NCBI RefSeq assembly: GCF_006345805.1
Contig: NC_042997.1
Coordinates: 150,102,001-150,166,000 of the forward strand
From: Octopus sinensis
Lineage: Eukaryota
Length of the DNA: 64,000 bases
Direction: 5' to 3'
Shown here piece after piece: positions 52,053 through 64,000 of this stretch. The translations under genes and the position numbers were made by a program. Every line of letters begins with the position of its first letter. The first letter of the stretch is position 1. Under the pieces are notes generated by a model, which did not search any database, was not told where the DNA came from, and worked only from the letters and a program-made list of their open reading frames with translations.

Positions 52053-54606
52053 GATAATTAAATAATGAAAGAATATGTGTGTGTGTGTGTTATTATTGTG
52101 TTTGAGCTTGATTTTCTTGAAGGGGCATCCTGATTACACCAGAAAGAGACATAACCTTTCAGATTTTGTTATTAAATATTTTGCGCTACGTGTTAATGAA
52201 AGCATATTCATACTCTGCACAAACGAGCATACATATTGATCTTTGCGTTTTCGAGGAAGTACAACTTGAAAGTACGTAAGAAAGTACAACTTGAAATCAT
52301 TCGTGCGTTACAAATTATCATTAAAGTATAAATTCTCAAAGACTATAGTTATTTACAAGCTGCGTATGTAGGCAGAAAATAACCCATACTCTATTGCTAA
52401 TTTATTTTCAGTTCCCTTTTCTTTTTTTTTCCCCCTGTTTTTCAAATATTTTATGAATCTTTCTCGTAAAATAATAACAGAAAAATAGCACGTTCCCTGC
52501 ATGCGATTAGTTTCAAACCCTAACACAATATGCTCGCGCTGAAAGGAATGAAATCTGGCTTGGATCCAAACACGCAGAATGCAGCATATTTTTTTTACGA
52601 GGAAACTTCAAAGACGAAAATGTAACGCAATCGCGTGTTTATTTGGTAATTTTCTGTCGTTTCGTTGTATGCTGTTCAAGAATTTTTGTGTATATTGCCA
52701 ATAGGAGTCGAGAGAAAACGGTGAAATACATTCCTATCACTTGCACCAGGCTCTTCAGTGGACTTTGCTGTACGCTAACGAATAATTTGTTTATTATTCA
52801 TAGCTCCAGCTGTTTGTATGAACGTAGTGTTTGTTATAAACTCTTGTCAGAATTATTCATGTAGAGTAGGCATGATCGGTTGCTAAGGCGAATGTTTTCA
52901 GTTATATTATTTTATTAGTTTGTCAATGAAGTGGAGGATATATCCATACCTTTTTAATCAATAAAAATACGTTTCCAAGGAGACTAGAGATGCCCGGCAA
53001 GGGAAGAGCCCTCTTCACCTCACTCTTTGTGGTCATCAATCAAGTTTCTGTCCGATCCGGTTTGGTGTTTCAGCTTCACCTATTGCCTCTCCATGTGTAA
53101 CTGGTCGACAATTTTTTTCTGTGAAAAAGCTTTCCCTTTTACAGTGTTTAGCATAAATATCTGAAGAAAAAGAAAATTTAGTACAGGAGTTTCTTGTTTT
53201 GATGAGGAAAGATAAGGCAAATCGTTCCTAGTTTAGAATAGCAAAGTCAGTTTTAGTGAAGAGAAATAAAGGAGTAATACAACTGTGAATTAAATGCTGT
53301 AGTGAGAATTTTAGAGCGTACCCTGTCAATCAGCAAGTTGATTAGCGTTCATTTGATAGTTGTCTGGGATAATTTTCCATCTAGCATTAAAACTGCCCAA
53401 AATATTAGGGCAGTACTCCAATAAGTCTCAAATCTCAGCCATTGACTAGGATGAGATTTCATGGGTTTGAAAGTACATAAGGATAGTCATGGCTATATAA
53501 GTAACATATTTGTTTGAAAACTACGTAATATGCCGTCTGATTCCAGTGTGCAGTATCTAAGATACTGTATGTGTGGTCAGCTATAGTCTTGTATACGGTA
53601 AAATTTGTAAGTAGAATTTGGCAGATGGAAATTACGCGAAAACACGTTCTGTCTATCTATCTGTTGAACAGTGTGTGTGCGTGTGTTACTTATATATACA
53701 GTGTCCACGTATGATAGAATAATCTGTGCGACGAACAAACACTATATTATATCGCATTACCTTTATATAAATCATCTTTACACCTAGTCGACTTTGCTTT
53801 TCTTCATTTAAGTGAATATTAAAATAAGAAACAGATAAAGTGCTGTAATCGATATTCGATATAATCTACTAATAACCCTTTAAATCAATACTCAATCAAC
53901 GCCGTATTCCAATGATTGAAACCAATGACAAAAGAAAGAATTGCTACAGCGTATTAATTCTTGATTTCTTAGATTCTGTGATTAACAGTTGGACACTTGT
54001 GATGAAAATTCTAGAGATGTTTCAGATCAGCAACAATATTGTCAATAATGTATTAATAAATAATTTAGTGGACCTCGATGTTGTTGCTGAACTGGAGCCA
54101 GCTGGGCTGAGGGACTGACTTTCTTTTGTATACACATACGTATAGAGCTTATGCATGTGGGTGAAAAGCCAGAGCAGAGGGCGAATAATAAAACAAAATA
54201 CATAATGTTTGGTTAAGTTGTTTAATCTGATACTTCTCAGACTAGTGTGGTAAGTGAAGTGCAAGGAAAAAAAAAACCTAGACGGACACTGGGAGCTGCT
54301 TTGTGAGGTTTAAAAGAATGTGACACTCGGAATTTGCCGAAATCTTTGCGGTCTCCATTCGGTGGCGTATAAAGAATTTGTCTCATAGGAGAAATTTTAG
54401 GCAAAAATTACACAGAAACTCTCACTTGAAAAACACTGGGCGTTGTTTGTGTTGTGATATAAATCGCCGAATTTTCAGAGAGTAGGTCAGACAAATTCAG
54501 TATCTACTTACACGCTCAGCTACACTTTACAGAAATCATCGTTGTTTGAAGTAAGGCTTTGACCAAGTGGAAATTGTCCAATAATATATTTTTTAATGTT
54601 TAAATG

Positions 54607-54933
54607 TGAAGGCGCATGGCTCAGTAGTTAGAGCGTCGAGTTTACGTTCGTGAGGCTGTGATCTCGAATCCCGTGTTGTGTTCTTGAGCAAGACACTTTA
54701 TTTCACGTTCCTTCAGTTCACTCAGCTGTAGAAATGAGTTGCGACATCACAGGTGCCAAGCTGTATCGGCATTTGCATTTCCCTTGGATAACACTGGTAG
54801 TGTGAAGAGGAGTGTTTGGCATGCATGGGCGACTGCTGGTCTTCCATAAACAACCTTGCTTGGACTTGTGCCTGGGAAGTTAACTTTCTAGGTGCAATCC
54901 CATGGTCTGTGTCGTGACCGAAGGGGGTCTCAG
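54607..54933 (+). mobile_element. tRNA-derived SINE family D (327 bp) with 12-bp TSD and a CORE-like segment
   Basis: Head GGCGCATGGCTCAGTAGTTAGAGCG...CTCGAATCCC, then GTGTTCTTGAGCAAGACACTT. TSD AATGTTTAAATG at 54595-54606 and 54934-54945. Confidence 0.85.
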
Positions 54934-55916
54934 AATGTTTAAATGGAATGATGAGACCTCATTTTCAATTCTTAATCGAAACTATTACACATGCCTTCAG
55001 TTTCATTTAAAAAGTTATGTAAAACATCTGTATCAGAGATAAATGATAAATATTAAACTTAACGCCTTTCCTTCACTGATGAATTCATTGTAAAAAAAAT
55101 TCACTTGGGAAGGCATGAATACCATATACTTTTAGCTCGAGATAAAAAATTAATGAAGATAAAAAATAATTGAGAAATTGGGCTAAAGAGTTACTCTTTA
55201 ACAGTGCTAACGCTGATTAGAGTTAGTTAGTATTACTCATATCAATATTAATCTATTACTTTCATTATATTTCACACCATTCACAAAACTTGTGTTTTAT
55301 ATGCTTTTATTTATCTCTTTATTTATTTTTGCTGCAAAAGCTGTTGTTTTTTCATTTCAACAACTGTGACTCTCTGGTGTATAACAATGACTGACATAGC
55401 TGTCGATAAGATGGCGTATTATGCTGGTAATTATCTCGCTAAATATTACGACTACCACTACATCGAGGAGAATATAATATGGGGGAGAAGTGGATGGTTT
55501 TTGTTTGTGTTTTATTCCTTTATCTATTTTATTTCATCTTTAGATATTTTTGTTGTTGTTTTAGTTATTTCCTTCCTTTTGCTTTTGTTTCATTCTTGTC
55601 TCTTATGCTGCTGATGATTTTGTCGTTGAGGCTATGTCTAATTCACTTGGCAACATTGATGGTGGACATTACAATCATGGTGTAACGTCGAAATCAATGG
55701 CGACATGTAGTAATGAAGGCAGCAACAACACTACACACACAGGCGCATCTATTACACGGAAACAATAACAAACAACAAAACAAATATGAAAACAATAACA
55801 AATGAAAAAATAACCCCAGAACATATTCAACAAAACGATGGCTACAAAAACAGTAAAAGCAATGTTCACGAGATAATAGGATAGCAGAAGTGTATCCCTT
55901 TATCCCACCCCTGACA

Positions 55917-55943
55917 CTCTCTCTCTCTCTCTCTCTCTCTTTG

Positions 55944-56038
<95 letters not shown>

Positions 56039-56040
56039 GT
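55917..56040. repeat. (CT)n(TATC)n microsatellite
   Basis: Directly visible. Confidence 0.95.
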
Positions 56041-56488
56041 ATATCAATCTATCTATTAAGGCGTGGCACCTAGGATACGTAGACAAAGAAGTCTGTTAGA
56101 GAAAGTATTAAATTGATCCCATTCCCATATAGATGATTGATAATTAAAGAAGAATTAAAAGATTTCGATTATTAGAGGATGAAACAAAGAAGAAGGGACA
56201 TAGAGAGGAGAGAAAGAGCATGAACAAAGAGTAAAGCAAAAACACAAACGACAGAAATATGTCTTGGTAAATGAGGAGACAAAATATAATTACAGCTAGT
56301 GAAGAAAAAGCAATCGACGAATTCGAATTTTGAAACAAAGCTGGGCATATTAGTACGAAGAGTGATATGAAAGAGACAACGTTAAACCCTCCTTCTTCCC
56401 TTCCTTCCTGAGCGTCCAATAATACTATATTTGTTCCACGTCCTCGCGTTGTTGTGTTTTCTCTTTGTGTTTTCATGTTTGGATTAAC

Positions 56489-56555
<67 letters not shown>

Positions 56556-57928
56556 GGGAGGCAGTGAGAGAGAAAGAGAGTAAAACGTAAGTGATCCAGC
56601 GGTGTTTGCTAATTTAGTATCGGTAACACACCTTTTATTTTAAAGTCTACGTTTATTGGATGCTTAAAACTAAGTTTTAAGGTAATAAAAATGAATTCAC
56701 CTTAATAAAATAAATTTTGCGTGCCGAAAATGAATGTTATATGGGTACATGTACGTATGAACGTCCGCATTTATACTCTATACATTTGTATATTTGTATG
56801 TATAATTGAATATACGTATATGCATATTACACAATATGGAATACAGTTTTGTATATATATATATACATACAAATACAAAACTGTATTCCATATTGTGTAC
56901 TATGCATATACGTATATTCAAGTATATATACATACAAATATACAATTGTACAGAGTATAAATACGGACTTTCATACGTACATTTATCCATTTATACGTAC
57001 ATGTATCTATTTATATACCTGTATCCATATATACGTACATACACTCTCTCACACACACACACATATATAGATATGAGAAAAAGAGGAAGAGAGAAAGGGA
57101 GCACTAAACGTTACTTAAGTCTGATACCTATCAAGTAAATCAACCAATCATCCGATATCATTGTAAGTTAACACTGTTAACTACGATTCCACAAAAGTCT
57201 TTAACTTTACGAGAAAGATGGGACAAACTTTCACAATGAAGCATATCAAATATGCATTCCCATCATCAGCTGCCAAACAGATATCACTACGTTTCCGACA
57301 TCTGGTCAGATCAATTGAATTCTGTAACGTAAACAGCGTTAAAAGCATAGACACTGCCTGGCAATCAATAAAAATCAGTAGGAACGAAATACTGGCATAG
57401 TATTAATATCAACAACCTCATATTATACAAATCACTATTAACTTGTATAATATACTAAAGTTAGTAAACATTAGTTATATATCAAATAAATTCGTACTAA
57501 AATGTACATTGTGATAGTAAATTTAAAGTAGAAAATATAACTAGTAAACTAAAACTAGAGGAAAATTCAGTCAATCACTGGTACATAACATGATAACAGC
57601 AATACATGGGAACAGTAAACTTAGACTAATTAACGAACATAGACTGACTGATATGTTGTTCCATAATCGTTATACTATGAGAAACATAGAGGCAAACCAA
57701 AAACTAGTCTCATATAAACTAGAGGAACGGTATACGCTTTAACCAACAAATGAAAAAAATCGAAAGCATAGGTCAATATATCAATAGCTACAAAACATAT
57801 GTTCAATTGAATAAAAGAAATTAACCGAATAAATTGGTACTATGCATGGTAGGCGAAAACATCACGGAAAATTAGATCTGAAACATGGAATACCGGTTAT
57901 TGAAGATTTTATCATCCTACCTGCACGT

Positions 57929-57973
<45 letters not shown>

Positions 57974-58339
57974 AGTATCGTGGAAGCTGTTACATCTGCT
58001 GTGTAAAAATGATTATCTCAAACTATGCTATGATTGCAATATATTATTCTCTACTCGTCTGAATCATTGCAGATAGGGTATGCCAGTGGTCTGTCAAAAT
58101 ATAATATACGAACACGTAGTAAGAAATGCAACATTCATGGAAGGAGAACGGGAACGTAGTGGTAGAGGGAAATAACTCAATAATGCAAGATATTTTTGCG
58201 CGTTACTGTATTGATTATGGCATATGTTTGTAATGTATCTTTACGTGTAATAATACAAACATGTATACATGCACACACAAACACACACACATAAATATAC
58301 ACACAAGAATGAAAAAGCAGCACTCAACAGTAACCCTTA

Positions 58340-58371
<32 letters not shown>

Positions 58372-58434
58372 AACACATTACATTACGTTTATGATGAAAT
58401 CATGTCAAAATAATGTCATTGCTTATATTACATT

Positions 58435-58626
58435 TCATATATATATATACCTATATATATACATATATATACACATATATATGTATATATATATATAGAT
58501 ATACATATATATATATACATATATATACACATATATATAGATATATATACATCTATATATACACTTATACAGTCATATATATATACATTCATATATATAT
58601 ATACATATATATACATACATATATAT

Positions 58627-58677
<51 letters not shown>

Positions 58678-58790
58678 TATATACATATATATATATACAC
58701 ACATATATATATATATATATATACATATATATATGTACATATATATATATATATATATATAATATATATATATATATACACACATGTATA
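58435..58790. repeat. Degenerate (TA)n array
   Basis: Directly visible. Confidence 0.95.
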
Positions 58791-59024
58791 TATACATTAC
58801 ATATAGTGTATTTATTCTATAATTTAATTTATATCTATTTTTTTATCTTCTTCACATTTATTTTCCGTTTTCATGTTTTTAATATGTAAAAAATATAGAA
58901 ATCCCGCTTGTTCTGCCAGATTGAATGGTTTACCAACTAATTGAATGCCGAGTTAAATATATTCTAATGCTGGCCTGGATCGATAAGAACATGTTTTGTT
59001 ATATATATATATATATATATATAC

Positions 59025-59066
<42 letters not shown>

Positions 59067-60079
59067 ATGCGCAATACAGGAGAGCGTACATATAAATACA
59101 CATACAGCTATGTAATATATATGCAATCATATATCTAACTATACACATTTCCTCCCTATGTGGTTGTGTGTCGTTCGTTCTTTTAATGAATGAAGATTAC
59201 CATTCTGCTTTGCCAAATGGTATGATGGCATTGGAAAAAAAATCACCTGATTCTTTGGCACTTGTCTAATATGTATGTCACATCAACTATGCTTATATTT
59301 GAATCTATCTACCTGTCTCTCTACCTACGCGCGCACACACACATGCATAAACACACTCACAGATAGATAGATATCGTAAGGATACTCTCAGAAACTTAGA
59401 CAAACAAGCACGCATGTGTGGGCGTTTGTAGTTGGAGAGCCATTTTCTTACGTATGCTTGTATACTGATATATTAATATGTATCTTAGTAAAAACAGTTG
59501 TATCACGGAAATGCTATATCTTCCTTTCACTCCTGTTACCTACACGTCAGTGATATATATATATGTACATATTTAAGGACGTATACGTATGGATATATTT
59601 GTTAACATATGCTTGTACATATATATATATATAACAAAATAATAAATAAAACATATGCATATATACATATATACATAGATGTACCTACATCTATATGTAT
59701 ATTACATGCACATATAGGTACAGGACACCAAAAAACGTCGAACACAATGAGAAACGAAAACATAAAAACAGATCCATGGAAACGGACATCTTTTTAAACA
59801 ACGAAAATTACAGGGTACAAGACATACAACACAGCCGCCTCCGTTTCGTCTACTCCGCGTTACGAAGGCAAAGTCGAGACACGACTTCGATGAAACGGTC
59901 CTTCCTGCAAATAATTTGAGATTTTTTGCGGAGGGTAACGTGGTAACAAACACAGCACAGTAAAAACAGTACAAGACAGTAAAAATAAAAATAAAAATAA
60001 AAACAGTAAACGACAGGACAAGTAGAATAACAGTAATACGAACGTTAAGGGCTGTTAAGCCGAACGAAAGAGATATTAT

Positions 60080-60092
60080 TTATATATATATA

Positions 60093-60131
<39 letters not shown>

Positions 60132-60240
60132 ATGTATGCATGTATGCATGTATGCTTGTATGCATGTATGTATGTATGTATGTATGTATGTATGTATGTA
60201 TGTATGTATGCATGTATGTATGTATGTATGTATGTATTTG
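60080..60240. repeat. (TA)n(TGTC)n(TATG)n microsatellite
   Basis: Directly visible. Confidence 0.95.
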
Positions 60241-60290
60241 TATATGTATTTATTCGAACAAATATACATATATATATTAGAATTAAATAT

Positions 60291-60520
60291 GCGCAATGGC
60301 CTAGTGGTTAGGGCAGCGGACTCGCGGTCGCAGGATCGCGGTTTCGATTCTCAGACTGGGCGTTGTGTGTGTTTATTGAGCGAAAACACCTAAAAGCTCT
60401 ACGAGGCTCCGGCAGGGGGTGGTGATCCCTGCTGTACTCTTTCACTACAATGGCGGTGCCCCAGCATGGCCACAGCTCAAGAGCTGAAACTGGAAAAACA
60501 AAAACAAAAACAAACAAACA
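60291..60520 (+). mobile_element. Chimeric SINE: family C head/body joined to a family A-like 3' tail
   Basis: 60291-60446 matches the reverse complement of the 9127-9442 element. From 60451, GGCGGTGCCCCAGCATGGCCACAGC...CTGAAAC matches the family A tail GGCGGTGCTCCAGCATGGCCGCAG...CTGAAAC. Confidence 0.85.
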
Positions 60521-61105
60521 TGCATGTAGTTCATGTTTGAAGCTCCGATGAAGACCAAAGTGATACGCAATCATTCAGCTATGAGGGTATTGCATCTTAT
60601 AGCAGAAAAGCTCTACCAGCTGATGAAGTTAATGACATAGCGGCAAAATTTCATCTTTTCCTTTGCCATTTTATGAACATGCGTACACAAATACATGCAT
60701 ATATTTGGTGTAGCGTATTACTTTTCAAGGCGTACAAGTAGCACACAAACAACTGTCTATATACACAATACACATGACATATTTGGTGGGCGATTATTGG
60801 TAAGAGTTAAACATATTTTACATTCGCTCTTTGTCTTTCTCCCTCTCTCTCTCTCTGTATACATACATATATATACTTATATATATATATTTATCCTTCA
60901 CAACTCTATACGTGCGCCAACATACACTTCTGGCCTTCGTGCACAAGGACGCATGAATACAGCCAGTTCCAACACTGTGTAAATCCTGTGAATCCATATC
61001 CTTTGAATCATTGCAGTATTTTGCACACACACACACACGCGCGAATACGTCATGGGTTAGCTGACCGAAACTCCGAAGTCACTGACAGCAACATTCTTGT
61101 TCGAG

Positions 61106-61183
<78 letters not shown>

Positions 61184-61878
61184 TTACTCTACGAAAGTAT
61201 AGAGCAGCCAATGAGATTAATGTCAAATTCTTTTTATTATTATAAATGAACATTAAAACAAACATTATATATATATACATATATATATACTGTTCTACAT
61301 TTTATCGACAAATTATTCATTGAAAACTTGGCAAATAGTTCTAAAATGAATTCGTTTATGTATTTTAAATAACTAGTCTTTACTTTTATATCGGATAAAC
61401 ATATCATTAAAAGTTAAAAGTATTGATTCATTCACACTTTAATGAAATATCAGTTTTTCCAAAATTAATAAACATTTCTATTAAAACGATCTATATTACG
61501 CTGGAATATTCTACGCTTCTTTCTTCCGCTTTAAGTTTCATAATAATTAACTCTACGTAAGTATATTAATTCATCGGAGCATAATGGTTACCATGTAATA
61601 TCCGGTTCAATTCACCGTTATTCTACAAAAAAAAAGCATGCATAAGTAAGTTGAGAGACAGTAGATAATGACATTCTCGGTATATTATATCCGAAAGAAA
61701 GATGGGATGACCAGGACTAGCCTTCAATTACAGATCAACTCGAGAGATTATGACATGGAGCAGGATCAAAGCATCATGAATGCAGTGAAAATGATTAGAG
61801 AACTCAGATTTATAAAACTGGTTATTTCCAAACTTTTCAGTGGTTAACCTGAGATGATATGTTGAAATCATTGGCAAA

Positions 61879-62240
61879 GGCACAGCCGTCACTGTCTGAT
61901 TATGAAGCTTGCTTCCCAACCATGTCATACTGGGTTCAGTCCCATTTCGAATCACCTTGGGTAAGTGTTTTGGACTATGGCTCCGGGATGATCAAAGATT
62001 TTTCAAATGATTTGGCAGACGGAAACAGAAACAAGCCCATTATATGTATACATCTATGTATGTATTTCTACTTGCGCTTGTCGCAAACCACTTCTTATCA
62101 ACCACTGTTGGTTTTTTTATTTCCTTGTAATTTAATGGTTCGGCAAAAGACGCCAATAGATGATGCACTAGGTTTTGAAATTGTAAATACCGGGATCGAT
62201 TCGTTCGACTATACCCTTCAAGGCGATATCACAGAATAGC
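61879..62240 (+). mobile_element. SINE family A, old degenerate copy
   Basis: GGGTTCAGTCCCA, CACCTTGGGTAAGTG, TTTGGCAGACGGAAAC and GGTTCGGCAAAAGA appear in family A order. Confidence 0.75.
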
Positions 62241-63195
62241 TTCTTACTGTAAAACGGTGTTACAGAAATAAAATATAGGTCTTCTCCCAGTTAAACAGTA
62301 CAGTTTTGTCTACAATCAGAAACAAATAGCATTCAGGTTCACATACTTTTCAGGAATTCATTTCTCACTGGCAGTTACTTCCTACGGTGAAAGCAGATAG
62401 CCAAAAATCAAGATATTCATGCATATTATTAATACACATATGTCTTCCTTTCAAACCGCAACTTCAGAATTTTGAAAGCAATTCCCTCTCTTCCAAGTAT
62501 GTGATACATATATATGTATTTGCCTGTGTGTGTCTGAGCGTTATGCATATATACAATGGCATGTATGCTTATGAATACACGTTTGTACACATTTATGTAC
62601 TTGCAAGTGTTAATGTGCTGAAAATAGTAACGTGTCAATTAATACATATAAATTCATAAAATAGGTACAAGACTGAAACTAGTACTCGAACTGATATTAT
62701 TGACAAAAGACACTTGGAAGCCGTGCTGGAGAATGGCCACACTCGAACATCTAAAACCAGTAAAAGGAAGAGCAGCTATATGTCTCTCTGTCTATGTATC
62801 TTGATGTATGTGCCATTCAAAACACATTACTACTATTTATTATTATTGTTTACAAACAATACACAATGCTTCAAGCGAACTACAATATTCTCCTATATAT
62901 ATATAATGTTGAGGATGGCAAAATATTGTGGTTTACCATCCAATAGCACTTCGAACATCCACTGCAGAGGATGGAAATAACAATATCAAAACGTATGTAG
63001 GAAATACATTATATAGATTGCATCATGTGCTTATCATAATTCTTCTCACATTTTCACTGAATATTATAAACTGCAATACTGCTGATATAGCAGTAACCAC
63101 TTCGCTTTATTCGAAAGAGTCTAGTTGCTGATACGCTACGTGGAACTCTAAATTGGCCAGTCACTGTCGTACATACAACTGCACGCATATGATAA

Positions 63196-63199
<4 letters not shown>

Positions 63200-63242
<43 letters not shown>

Positions 63243-63270
63243 ATAGAGGCGCGCATGCGCATACATACGT

Positions 63271-63328
<58 letters not shown>

Positions 63329-63362
63329 GAATGTGTGCATATGCAGTCCCTAAAACACAAGC

Positions 63363-63421
<59 letters not shown>

Positions 63422-63441
63422 TAATAATAATAATAATAATA
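63200..63441. repeat. (TA)n tracts followed by (AAT)n
   Basis: Directly visible. Confidence 0.95.
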
Positions 63442-63855
63442 AAGACAGTAAAATAAGGAACCAAACGTGTTGAATAACGATATCCGCCTAATTAAAGTGA
63501 CACCGCAGAGAAAAGAAGTGTCAAGTTATATTCCTTTCAAATTTTCATTCACTCGAGTACTTTACCATCTTACGGTTGTTTGCGTGAGAATTCTTTAGAA
63601 TCCCTATAAAGGAACTTAACGATAAAACAACTGTGAAGAATCTAACATACTATGTTAAGCTTCTTCAAATTTCCCAGCAACTGGCAACAGTGCGCGCGCG
63701 CGTACACATAGACATATACACACGGGATAACTATTTAAAATTTATTTTCCTAATAACTTTTCGAGTTAATTTATATACTTAAAATTGTAAGTGTATTCCG
63801 GTTTCATCTAGTTTTTTTAAAGATCGTAGTGGTACATTATTAATAGATATTGCGA

Positions 63856-63904
<49 letters not shown>

Positions 63905-63906
<2 letters not shown>

Positions 63907-64000
63907 GGCGGCGAGTTGGTAGAATCGTTAGTACGCTGGACCAAATGCTTAGCGGTATTTCGTCCGCCGCTACATCATGAATTCGAATTCCGCTGAGCTC
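63905..64000 (+). mobile_element. SINE family B 5' part, truncated by the window end
   Basis: AAGGCGGCGAGTTGGTAGAATCGTTAG...AAATGCTTAGCGGTATTTCGTCCGCCGCTAC, directly after (ATT)n. Confidence 0.85.

Noticed and set aside
57216-57274. Minus-strand CUGAUGA…hairpin…GAAA
   Set aside because: The base of stem II, stem III and stem I do not pair, so it is likely a chance match.
59719-60070. TA-flanked segment with hairpin AAGTCG-AGACA-CGACTT, perhaps another Penelope-type repeat
   Set aside because: It is single-copy in the window and has no CUGANGA core, so it cannot be supported without a database search.

Overview
Eukaryotic, AT-rich, microsatellite-dense non-coding DNA (intron or intergenic). 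The SINE repertoire and repeat landscape look like an Octopus (coleoid cephalopod) genome; this is inferred from pattern, not from a search. No protein-coding host gene could be established. Nearly all listed ORFs are translations of microsatellites. The window holds at least four tRNA-derived SINE families, labelled A-D here. Two copies have perfect 12-13 bp TSDs, one family forms a 4-unit head-to-tail array, and one copy is chimeric. There are also an older dispersed repeat (family E), three Tc1/mariner-type non-autonomous elements (one built from two inverted left ends around a decayed transposase N-terminus) and a decayed Penelope-like RT fragment. Several short repeats carry minimal type-I hammerhead-ribozyme-like folds of the kind known from Penelope-like elements. 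The most interesting signals are these hammerhead-like motifs (including a two-copy family with a CUGU core variant, inserted in (TA)n tracts), the fold-back mariner and the tandem SINE array. A few splice-site-bounded segments, including a 9-nt microexon candidate, are weak hints of a + strand host transcript.
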